Below are positions 38,851-46,224 of a stretch of 64,000 nt of DNA, piece after piece. Every line of letters starts with the position of its first letter. Position 1 is the stretch's first letter. The stretch lies in the IMG/VR virus record IMGVR_UViG_3300020187_001966. The stretch is one strand, 5' to 3'. The stretch is from a virus (lineage: Duplodnaviria; Caudoviricetes). Under the pieces are notes generated by a model. It did no database searches. It was not told where the DNA came from and worked only from the letters and a program-made list of their open reading frames with translations. The translations under genes and the position numbers were made by a program.

Positions 38851-38910
38851 TGTGGATGCCAATTATGGGTCCACAAAATACATCTTGCTTAATAAAGGAG
38901 ATATAAGATG
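38851..38910 (+). promoter_or_regulatory. ROSE-like RNA thermometer in hsp20 leader
   Basis: ATCTTGCTT pairs with AAGGAGAT with bulged G; upstream hairpin TGTGGA/TCCACA; late promoter CATAAATA 38841. Confidence 0.7.
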
Positions 38911-39342
38911 AATAGATTAACAACGATTGACTTGAATAAACTTACCCCTCACAGTGTTGGCTTAGAACGAATGTTTAACGACATGTTTAAGTACACTGAA
39001 CATCCACAAAATGCTGGGTACCCACCATACAATATTGTACAAGAGAAAAACCGTTTCCAAATTGAGATGGCATTAGCTGGTGTACGTATGGATGATATAG
39101 ATATTGAAGTCGCAGATGGTGAATTAACTATTACACATGACCCGGTTGAAGTTGAACCAAATGAATCAGTACGCTGGGTACATCGTGGAATTGCGCAACG
39201 TAAATTTAAGCGCAGTTTTACACTCGCTGATGATGTAGTGGTACAGGGTGCGAGGATGGAGAACGGCATGCTATATGTAGAGCTTGAACGTATCATTCCA
39301 GAAGAAAAGAAACCCAGAAAAATAGAAATTTCAGCAGTATAA
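38908..39342 (+). CDS. Small heat shock protein Hsp20 (IbpA-like)
   Basis: GYPPYNI, IEMALAG, HRGIAQRKF.RSFTLAD, ENGML. Confidence 0.95.
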   Translation: MNRLTTIDLNKLTPHSVGLERMFNDMFKYTEHPQNAGYPPYNIVQEKNRFQIEMALAGVRMDDIDIEVADGELTITHDPVEVEPNESVRWVHRGIAQRKFKRSFTLADDVVVQGARMENGMLYVELERIIPEEKKPRKIEISAV

Positions 39343-39396
39343 AACTATAACACTAGGGGCGGTTAACGCCGCCCCACATAACAATTAGGTAAAGCA

Positions 39397-39696
39397 ATGA
39401 GTACAGAACTAGCATCTAAGATCGACACATCATGGATTTTCGCACATCCAAAAAAATACAAAGTTATTTTACTAAATGATGATCTAACTCCAATGGATTT
39501 TGTTATAGAAATTCTTATTGGTATTTTTAATAAATCAGAATCTGAAGCTCATCAAATTACACTAGCAGTACACAATACAGGTTCAGGTATTGCGGGTATT
39601 TTTAATTATGAAGTTGCTGAACAGAAATCACATGAAGCTACAACTATTAGTCGTAGTGCTGGGTTTCCATTAACTCTTAAAGTAGAGGAAGAATAA
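39397..39696 (+). CDS. clpS: ATP-dependent Clp protease adaptor ClpS
   Basis: [28 protein letters not shown]. Confidence 0.93.
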   Translation: MSTELASKIDTSWIFAHPKKYKVILLNDDLTPMDFVIEILIGIFNKSESEAHQITLAVHNTGSGIAGIFNYEVAEQKSHEATTISRSAGFPLTLKVEEE

Positions 39697-39697
39697 T

Positions 39698-40846
39698 ATG
39701 AGAATTGAAAATGAAGTACTGTTGGACTACAGCGATGTCTTGATTCGTCCAAAGCGTAGCACATTAGGCTCACGCAAAGAAGTAAACTTAGAACGTGAAT
39801 TTACATTCCGTAATTATAACAAACAAGACATTATGTCTGGAGAATATGATTGGAAAGGTGTTCCAATTATGGCAAGCAACATGGATGGTGTTGGTACATT
39901 TGAAATGGCAGACAAACTTGCTGAAGGCAACATCTTTACATGTCTAGTTAAAACATATAGTGAACAAGATTTAATCAAATACTTTACATCTGATTTACCT
40001 GAGCGTAGTGACTATGTTGCTATGAGTATTGGTATTCAGGATCGTGACTTAAACAAATTTGAAAAAGTTTATACAGTATGTAAAGAAAATTTAAAATACG
40101 TTTGTATTGATGTGGCAAACGGATACAGTCAACGTTTTGTGGAGTTTGTGGGAGAATTTAAATTCCGCTTTCCTAAAGTAGTAATTATTGCTGGTAATGT
40201 GGTTACGGCAGATCAAACGCAAGAGTTAATACTAAATGGAGCAGACATAGTTAAAGTTGGTATTGGACCAGGTAGTGTATGTACCACTCGTATTCAAACT
40301 GGTGTGGGATATCCACAGCTCAGTGCCGTTATTGAGTGCGCTGATGCCGCTCATGGCCTTGGTGGTCATATTATTGCTGACGGTGGGTGTACCTGTCCTG
40401 GCGATATTGCTAAGGCTTTTGCGGGCGGGGCCGACTTTGTAATGCTAGGCGGTATGCTTGCTGGACACGATGAAGGTGGTGGTGACGTAATTACCCGATA
40501 CTATGAAACTAGTGAACTAGAATATCAAGTTGGCGAGCATTTGGCCAATTGTGTACATAAAGTAGAAGAAAAACAATTCATAAAGTTCTACGGAATGAGC
40601 AGTGATGCGGCAAACACTAAACACTTTGGCGGACTTAAAGAGTATCGTTCAAGTGAAGGACGTGAAGTGCTTGTGCCTTATCGTGGTGAAATTGCTAGAA
40701 CTGTGCAAAACATTCTGGGCGGCGTTCGCAGTACATGTACATACGTTGGTGCCAATACACTAAAGCAACTGAGTAAATGTACAACATTTATTCGTGTAAA
40801 CAACCAGTTTAATAAAACGTATGAGTCTACTACCACCAAGTTATAG
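39698..40846 (+). CDS. guaC: GMP reductase
   Basis: [47 protein letters not shown]. Confidence 0.95.
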   Translation: MRIENEVLLDYSDVLIRPKRSTLGSRKEVNLEREFTFRNYNKQDIMSGEYDWKGVPIMASNMDGVGTFEMADKLAEGNIFTCLVKTYSEQDLIKYFTSDLPERSDYVAMSIGIQDRDLNKFEKVYTVCKENLKYVCIDVANGYSQRFVEFVGEFKFRFPKVVIIAGNVVTADQTQELILNGADIVKVGIGPGSVCTTRIQTGVGYPQLSAVIECADAAHGLGGHIIADGGCTCPGDIAKAFAGGADFVMLGGMLAGHDEGGGDVITRYYETSELEYQVGEHLANCVHKVEEKQFIKFYGMSSDAANTKHFGGLKEYRSSEGREVLVPYRGEIARTVQNILGGVRSTCTYVGANTLKQLSKCTTFIRVNNQFNKTYESTTTKL

Positions 40847-40850
40847 TAGC

Positions 40851-40903
40851 TGCGCAATAACGCACAGTTGCGTTAAACGCATATCGAGTCTACGCAAAAT
40901 GCA
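40851..40903 (+). promoter_or_regulatory. Putative LysR-type operator array
   Basis: TGCG-N6-CGCA (40851), TGCGTTAAACGCA (40869) and TACGCAAAATGCA (40891): two T-N11-A boxes 22 bp apart. Confidence 0.45.
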
Positions 40904-40934
40904 GTAGTAAATCACTGAAATCCATGTTAAATAT

Positions 40935-41020
40935 AAGTGTGAACACAAAATAGTGTTTACACTTTTTTTATGAAATGACACCCTGAAAAGACGGGGGGTA
41001 TTGCTTTCCTCAAGCATTTT
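40935..41020 (+). ncRNA. Structured leader / candidate sRNA of micro-protein operon
   Basis: 12-bp hairpin + U-run, GC hairpin, and TGCTT-TCCTC-AAGCA hairpin with anti-SD-like loop. Confidence 0.35.
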
Positions 41021-41044
41021 AAAACTTAATCAAGGAAAAACAAA

Positions 41045-41224
41045 ATGTTTAACGACACATTCAACGGTCTTGTAAGTTTACTTGGAAATCCACTTCCAAC
41101 ACGGAAGTTCGAAAAAGAGATGCTTACATACGCAAAAACAGAATACGGAAAAGATTGGCAGTTTGCTTATCAATATATGCTAGATCATTCAGGTTCAGCA
41201 CCTAACATGGGAGTACATCTCTAA
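41045..41224 (+). CDS. Small protein (59 aa), first gene of coupled operon
   Basis: Hand-translated MFNDTFNG...YAKTEYGKDWQFAYQYML...; AAGGA RBS; TAATG coupling to next gene. Confidence 0.75.
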   Translation: MFNDTFNGLVSLLGNPLPTRKFEKEMLTYAKTEYGKDWQFAYQYMLDHSGSAPNMGVHL

Positions 41225-41481
41225 TGGCACATTATGTAATAGAAGCGTCAAGTTGGATTCAAGATGCAATCGAAGGATTCAATGACTTACGTAGAGCAAT
41301 GAAACTACGTGCAGAACGTAAAGCATCATACAAACAAACTTATAAAGAACTTAGCAAGTTAAACGACTATGAACTAAACGACATCGGCATTTGCCGTGGC
41401 GACATTAGAAACATTGCACGTGGTGATAGAACAATCAAACGTGGTATCGAAGTTAACGAAAACTTGAGAGGATCTATATAA
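41224..41481 (+). CDS. DUF1127 (YjiS-like) small protein
   Basis: TYKELSKLNDYELNDIGICRGDI. Confidence 0.88.
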   Translation: MAHYVIEASSWIQDAIEGFNDLRRAMKLRAERKASYKQTYKELSKLNDYELNDIGICRGDIRNIARGDRTIKRGIEVNENLRGSI

Positions 41482-41678
41482 TGACTGTAGCAACAATGAA
41501 ATCAAACACATGGGGAATTACATGTAAAACATGTGCCATTCTTTCAAAAGCAATTGTAGCAACTGGAATGTTTTTATGGGCATTTGGTGAGTCAGCTGGA
41601 AGAGCAAGAGCAGCAAGTGAATTATACCGTCAAGGGTATGTAGAAGAAGCAAGAAGATTAATGACGGAGAATAATTAA
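41481..41678 (+). CDS. Small protein
   Basis: Coupled; [20 protein letters not shown]. Confidence 0.7.
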   Translation: MTVATMKSNTWGITCKTCAILSKAIVATGMFLWAFGESAGRARAASELYRQGYVEEARRLMTENN

Positions 41679-41899
41679 TGACTGGTGATATAGCAACGTT
41701 TGGCGCAATGATTGGCGCAGGGTTAGCAACAATTGGAATGGGCGGAGCAGCCATTGGTGTTGGAATGATTGTAGGTAGTGTACTTAAAGTAATGCCTAAG
41801 AAAAGTGACACAGGCACAATGTTTGTTGGTGTAGCATTTGCGGAAGCATTAGGAATATTTGCATTCTTAGTAGCACTGCTATTAATGTTTGCTGTCTAA
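41678..41899 (+). CDS. atpE: ATP synthase subunit c-like protein with divergent polar loop
   Basis: [18 protein letters not shown] and [25 protein letters not shown]; RNP/RQP loop absent. Confidence 0.85.
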   Translation: MTGDIATFGAMIGAGLATIGMGGAAIGVGMIVGSVLKVMPKKSDTGTMFVGVAFAEALGIFAFLVALLLMFAV

Positions 41900-42120
41900 T
41901 GGTAGGTGATCAGCACATTGAAATATCAGCACAGGTAGTGCAGAAGTTAGGTTTCTATATGTTTGTAATTATGACTTCACTTATGGTAATATGTATAGCT
42001 TTTGGTTTCTATGCTGTTATTCAAAAATTTAACGAACCAAACTGGAAAGAAGTATGTATCGCAAAAGGCGGTGTGCCAGTACAATTAGAAAAGTCTTACT
42101 TCGACTGCAAAAAGATGTAA
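41899..42120 (+). CDS. Small membrane protein
   Basis: One TM, C-x14-C pair (CIAKGG...FDC). Confidence 0.65.
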   Translation: MVGDQHIEISAQVVQKLGFYMFVIMTSLMVICIAFGFYAVIQKFNEPNWKEVCIAKGGVPVQLEKSYFDCKKM

Positions 42121-42136
42121 CAAAGAGGAATATAAT

Positions 42137-42271
42137 ATGTTTACAAGATTTATGAAACTAATGGAATACAGAAGTTACTGTATGAGTATCAAGCAACTAC
42201 GAGACATGGGTATGAATGATAAAGCCAATGAAATCTCAGAGTTTAAACATAACATGTATAAAACAAGTTAA
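42137..42271 (+). CDS. Small protein (44 aa)
   Basis: Hand-translated MFTRFMKLMEYRSYCMSIKQLRDMG...; GAGGA RBS. Confidence 0.6.
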   Translation: MFTRFMKLMEYRSYCMSIKQLRDMGMNDKANEISEFKHNMYKTS

Positions 42272-42333
42272 TGTTAGATCCAGATCACACATACACAAAG
42301 CCAAAAGGCGAGAAGAAAAAAGGCGGTAAGTAA
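42271..42333 (+). CDS. Micro-ORF (20 aa, basic)
   Basis: TAATG-coupled MLDPDHTYTKPKGEKKKGGK before terminator. Confidence 0.4.
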   Translation: MLDPDHTYTKPKGEKKKGGK

Positions 42334-42351
42334 GCCGCAGTACAACAGAGT

Positions 42352-42375
42352 AAAGCACCACAAGGTGCTTTTTTC
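42352..42375 (+). terminator. Rho-independent terminator
   Basis: AAAGCACC-ACAA-GGTGCTTT + T-run. Confidence 0.75.
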
Positions 42376-42426
42376 TTGACTAATTAACTATCAGTGCTAT
42401 AAATATAGTTAACACACGGAGGCTAT

Positions 42427-42645
42427 ATGCAACATTCTATTGAGGATCTTCTAAGAAGACTTGAAGTAATGAAAGACAAAGCTATTCTGTTACATCGAGT
42501 TCGTAATGAGTTTAGTGAAATATCATATAAAGATTATGACAAAGCAGCTTGTCAAAATATTATAGATGATATACAAGCAATGGCATTGGGCATTGCGAAT
42601 GATAAAGAAGGTACTGATATTATTACTGAGATGGAATATAAATGA
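42427..42645 (+). CDS. Hypothetical protein
   Basis: GGAGG RBS, late promoter upstream. Confidence 0.7.
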   Translation: MQHSIEDLLRRLEVMKDKAILLHRVRNEFSEISYKDYDKAACQNIIDDIQAMALGIANDKEGTDIITEMEYK

Positions 42646-43196
42646 ACTTATCAGGTGATTTTTTAATCAGCATTCCAGCTGTAAATACTGGAACATTTAA
42701 TCGCAGTGTTGTTCTTATGAATAAGCACACTGGCGATGGAGCGTCTGGTTGGATAGTTAATAAACAATTAGATGATAAAATAACACAACGTTTACGCAAA
42801 GGTATGAATCTTACTCGTGACATACCATTATACTTTGGTGGTCCAGTAGACGTAAACAATGCTGTTGTTATACACAGTAATGATTTAAAATTACCTAGTA
42901 CAAGAAAACTTAATGATACACTAAGCATCACAAAAGACAAGAGTATTGTCAACGTAATGAACATTGGACAATTTCCTGAATACTGGAGAGTAATTGTTGG
43001 TAGAAGTTCATGGGGAGCAGGACAACTAGAAAGCGAAATACTTGGCAGCCGTACAAATGGCATTGGTACTTGGATGTCAATAGACTATACTGATCAGTTA
43101 ATGTGGCAAACAATGCCAAGTAATCAGTGGGAACGCAGTATTGAACTAAGTGCCACACAATTGACTAATAATATTTTAAAAATACCAAATATGTAA
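42642..43196 (+). CDS. YqgE/AlgH (DUF179) family protein
   Basis: F.RSVVL, G..GWIVNK, LYFGGPV, GRSSWGAGQLESEI. Confidence 0.88.
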   Translation: MNLSGDFLISIPAVNTGTFNRSVVLMNKHTGDGASGWIVNKQLDDKITQRLRKGMNLTRDIPLYFGGPVDVNNAVVIHSNDLKLPSTRKLNDTLSITKDKSIVNVMNIGQFPEYWRVIVGRSSWGAGQLESEILGSRTNGIGTWMSIDYTDQLMWQTMPSNQWERSIELSATQLTNNILKIPNM

Positions 43197-43254
43197 TTAT
43201 GTTAGCGCCAGCGTCAACACAAATGTGTAAATACGATGTGGCAAGGAGATACAT

Positions 43255-43455
43255 ATGTGTTCACCAGAATTGCGTAAAGAAGCTAATAGACTAAACTGGA
43301 TGATTAAAGGTCAACTTATTGACTCGTCCGAATCAGACTCCACAGTTGAAAGAATTTATCATTCATATTTTCAAAGACTTTGGAATAACAACGAGAACTA
43401 CCTTCATGAAGAAGGCTTTACCCAAGCGTGGGAGCAGCAATATGGTAGCCAATAG
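43255..43455 (+). CDS. Hypothetical protein
   Basis: AAGGAG RBS. Confidence 0.65.
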   Translation: MCSPELRKEANRLNWMIKGQLIDSSESDSTVERIYHSYFQRLWNNNENYLHEEGFTQAWEQQYGSQ

Positions 43456-43660
43456 AATAACAGAGCTAACTGAAGATGAACTAACATTTATGGAAGATTT
43501 ATTACTAACTGAGTTTAGTAAAGAAGCTGAAAAAGCAAAAACTTGGAAATCAAAAAACCATTACCAACTCCCACATGGAAAACAAAATAGAATACTAAGT
43601 TGTCTAAGCGCAGTTAGAAGTCAAAAACAACTTAAAAAGACATTAGCCACTAAGTGGTAA
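43442..43660 (+). CDS. Hypothetical protein
   Basis: Start reset to ATG 43442 (longer ORF overlaps the upstream gene). Confidence 0.55.
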   Translation: MVANRITELTEDELTFMEDLLLTEFSKEAEKAKTWKSKNHYQLPHGKQNRILSCLSAVRSQKQLKKTLATKW

Positions 43661-43661
43661 T

Positions 43662-43761
43662 TGGCTCTGGGGGTAGGATTCGAACCTACACGATAAATAT
43701 TTTGCGAACATCTACCACACGATAAACAGTCGTGCGTGTCTACCACTTTCACCACCCCAGA
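43662..43761 (-). tRNA. Non-canonical type II tRNA, anticodon GUU (Asn), 10-bp variable arm
   Basis: Reverse complement: TCTGGGG/CCCCAGA acceptor, G73, CCA; D arm GTG-AAAGTGGTAGA-CAC; CACGA-CTGTTTA-TCGTG; V arm GGTAGATGTT-CGCAA-AATATTTATC; GTAGG-TTCGAAT-CCTAC. Confidence 0.9.
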
Positions 43762-43768
43762 TCAATTT

Positions 43769-44611
43769 TTAGGCGGCTTTGTCTAAACTTTGTAGTTTAT
43801 CCAGTGCGGCAATCATACGTGTCATGCCAATGCCACCACCTACTCTTTGGAAGAAGTCAAACTTGAGGAACTCTTCTAGTTCTGCTTCTACACGTTCTTT
43901 ACCAAACAATTTAAACAGCAGCTCAGCATAGTCTCCGTCTACAATACTGTGGAATGTATCACGCATCATATCAACATCACAACTACGTTCTGCTGATCCA
44001 ATAGTTTCCATACCACCTAAGATAACATCCATCTTCTTAGCAGTATTGCCATCATCGTTACGTGCCATGTTCCAGAAAGGTGATGTTAGTTCTGGGAAGT
44101 CTGTAATTAAACAACTACCAAAGTTCATATCCATTGCTAATTCGTGTTGTGCGTCCATTTCAGTTGATTGACTTACACCAAAGTGTTTTTGCCAGTCGCT
44201 GTATGTTTTTTCTGTTAGTGGGTCAAAGCCCAAGTAATCACATAGTTCAATTTCCATCTTTTTAAGATCATCTACATCGCCCGGCATCTCAAACTCAAAC
44301 ATTGGGAAGATAATGTCGTGTCTGCCTGGTATAGCGTTTGGTTCCTGTCTATAGGACGTTGACACACAAAAAAAGCCCTTACTATCGGGCTTGCTTAATA
44401 ATTCATGTTCTAACCACATCTGGCCTGTTTGCGGTAATGGCCAAACCTGGTCTGCGTAATTGTATGTTGCTACATTGAACGGATCTTCACATGCGGCAAG
44501 TATGCTTAGTCTATTTTGGGTATGTACTTCTAAGAAGCCTTTGTCCAAAAAAAATGACCTTAAAAGGCCAACTGTGTCTGTAAATTTTTGTGGGTTTATG
44601 AGTTGCGTCAT
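43769..44611 (-). CDS. Class IIb aaRS catalytic-core-only protein, AsnRS-like
   Basis: Motif 1 LRSFFLDKGFLEVHT, LPQTGQMWLE, motif 2 YRQE...RH..FPMFEFE, ITDFP...PFW.M, METIGSAER, motif 3 GGGIGMTRM; no N-terminal OB domain. Confidence 0.85.
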   Translation of the reverse strand: MTQLINPQKFTDTVGLLRSFFLDKGFLEVHTQNRLSILAACEDPFNVATYNYADQVWPLPQTGQMWLEHELLSKPDSKGFFCVSTSYRQEPNAIPGRHDIIFPMFEFEMPGDVDDLKKMEIELCDYLGFDPLTEKTYSDWQKHFGVSQSTEMDAQHELAMDMNFGSCLITDFPELTSPFWNMARNDDGNTAKKMDVILGGMETIGSAERSCDVDMMRDTFHSIVDGDYAELLFKLFGKERVEAELEEFLKFDFFQRVGGGIGMTRMIAALDKLQSLDKAA

Positions 44612-44712
44612 CTTTTTTTCCTTTTCTGAAATTCAGCCTAAAAAAAATTAGCTCAAAAAAATTTGAGTGTGTTTTTTCTATCCAGTCTATTTAGTCTTTT
44701 CTATAATAAGGC

Positions 44713-44743
44713 TTGACATCCTCTTGTGTTTAGTATATAAATA
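44713..44743 (+). promoter_or_regulatory. Composite sigma70 / late promoter of tmRNA
   Basis: TTGACA-N17-TATAAA overlapping TATAAATA. Confidence 0.7.
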
Positions 44744-44747
44744 GACT

Positions 44748-45090
44748 GTAACGTTGAAGTGATTTGACGACTATACTGGACCCGGGGGCGGTACCCGGCG
44801 ACTCCACCATAAACACATTAGGTTTGAAATATAACCTCTCTTTCCCGAGATGATAACTCGATATAGAGGACCTAGAAATAGGGTAAAGAATAAGAGTGCT
44901 AGTGTGTTTTTGATGGGGTCGAAATAGGATCGACAGGTAGGATAGATGAGTGGAGTTACCGGGATATAAGCGCCGTTACCGCGAATAAACTTTCTAAATG
45001 CAAACGCAAATAGAGCGCCAGAAATGGCTTTAGCTGCCTAATTAGGTAAGTGGGGGTTTGTAACGCACCTAGCAACAGAAGCGTTACACT
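44748..45090 (+). ncRNA. ssrA: Two-piece (circularly permuted) tmRNA, tag ANANRAPEMALAA
   Basis: Acceptor piece ends CCGGGGGCGGTACCCGGCGACTCCACCA (44809); coding piece starts GGGGTCGAAATAGGATCGAC (44915); G3-U70 pair; tag 45000-45041. Confidence 0.92.
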
Positions 45091-45144
45091 ATGACGGCTG
45101 AAACATAGGTTAAAGTACAGCCAACACAAAAGGAAACCTAATTA

Positions 45145-46224
45145 ATGAAATTATTAAAACTATTTTCCGCAACATTATTAATGTTGGGGTCTTTAGCTGT
45201 GTCAGCACAAGCAGATGCACCTAAGGATAACATCACGGTCGGATTTATTTACGTCGGACCAACTGGTGACCACGGATGGACATACCGTCACGATATTGGT
45301 CGTCAGCAAGTAGAAGAAGCATACGGCGACAGAGTAACAACACGATTTGTTGAAAGTGTAGCAGAAGGTGCTGACGCTGAACGTGTAATGACACAAATGG
45401 CACTACAGGGCGCAGACATTATTTTTGCGACATCATTTGGATATATGGATCCAATAATGAACGTAGCAAAGAAGTTTCCAAACGTAAAGTTTGAACATGC
45501 TACAGGTTATAAATCATCTGACAACGTTGCTAACTATGGTTTGAAACTATACCAAGCAAGACACGTACAAGGTGTTGTAGCAGGTATGATGACAAAAACA
45601 AACAAAATTTGTTATATTGCTTCATTCCCAATTCCAGAAGTTATGCGTGAGATTAACACGTTCTTCTTGGGTGCACGTAAGTACAATCCAGATGTAGAAC
45701 TATCAATTGCGTGGGTTTACACATGGTATGATCCAGGTAAAGAAAAAGATGCGGCAACAGCATTGATTGACCAAGGTTGTGACATTGTAGCACAGCATAC
45801 TGACTCACCTGCTCCACTACAATCAGCAGAACAAGCAGGCGTACTTGGATTTGGACAAGCAAGTGATCAAATGAAGTTTGCTCCTAACGCACAATTGACA
45901 GCAACTATTGACAATTGGGGTCCTTACTATATTAAGAAAGTAGGACAAGTACTAGACGGTACATGGGAAACAGGCGATTACTTTGGACACATGAACGAAG
46001 ACGCTGTACAAATGGCACCGTTTGCTAACATGCCAGCTGACGTACAAGCAGAAGCACAGCGTGTAAAAGATGCTATTAGCGCAGGTGAGTTATTTGGATT
46101 TACAGGTCCAATTAACAAGCAAGACGGAACAGTGTTCCTGAAAGAAGGCGAAGTAGCAACTAGACAGCAACTAGACACTATGATGTTCTATGTCGAAGGC
46201 ATTACATCAAAGGTACCTGGTTAA
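45145..46224 (+). CDS. BMP-family ABC substrate-binding protein (purine nucleoside type)
   Basis: Signal peptide, GFIYVGP.GDHGWTY.HD.GR, IFATSFGY, WYDP.KE..AA..LID.G. Confidence 0.93.
   Translation: MKLLKLFSATLLMLGSLAVSAQADAPKDNITVGFIYVGPTGDHGWTYRHDIGRQQVEEAYGDRVTTRFVESVAEGADAERVMTQMALQGADIIFATSFGYMDPIMNVAKKFPNVKFEHATGYKSSDNVANYGLKLYQARHVQGVVAGMMTKTNKICYIASFPIPEVMREINTFFLGARKYNPDVELSIAWVYTWYDPGKEKDAATALIDQGCDIVAQHTDSPAPLQSAEQAGVLGFGQASDQMKFAPNAQLTATIDNWGPYYIKKVGQVLDGTWETGDYFGHMNEDAVQMAPFANMPADVQAEAQRVKDAISAGELFGFTGPINKQDGTVFLKEGEVATRQQLDTMMFYVEGITSKVPG

Noticed and set aside
43319-43441. Extended 113-aa ORF 43319-43660
   Set aside because: It overlaps the RBS-supported 43255-43455 gene; ATG 43442 is the more plausible start.
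43769-44611. EpmA (EF-P lysylation enzyme) assignment
   Set aside because: It lacks the QTSPE-type motif of EpmA, its signatures are AsnRS-like, and no efp or epmB is nearby. An AS-AR-type asparagine synthetase remains an open alternative.
44612-44700. A/T homopolymer-rich region as a phase-variable switch
   Set aside because: The runs lie in a divergent promoter/leader region with a small hairpin, not in coding sequence; no evidence of length variation from a single sequence.
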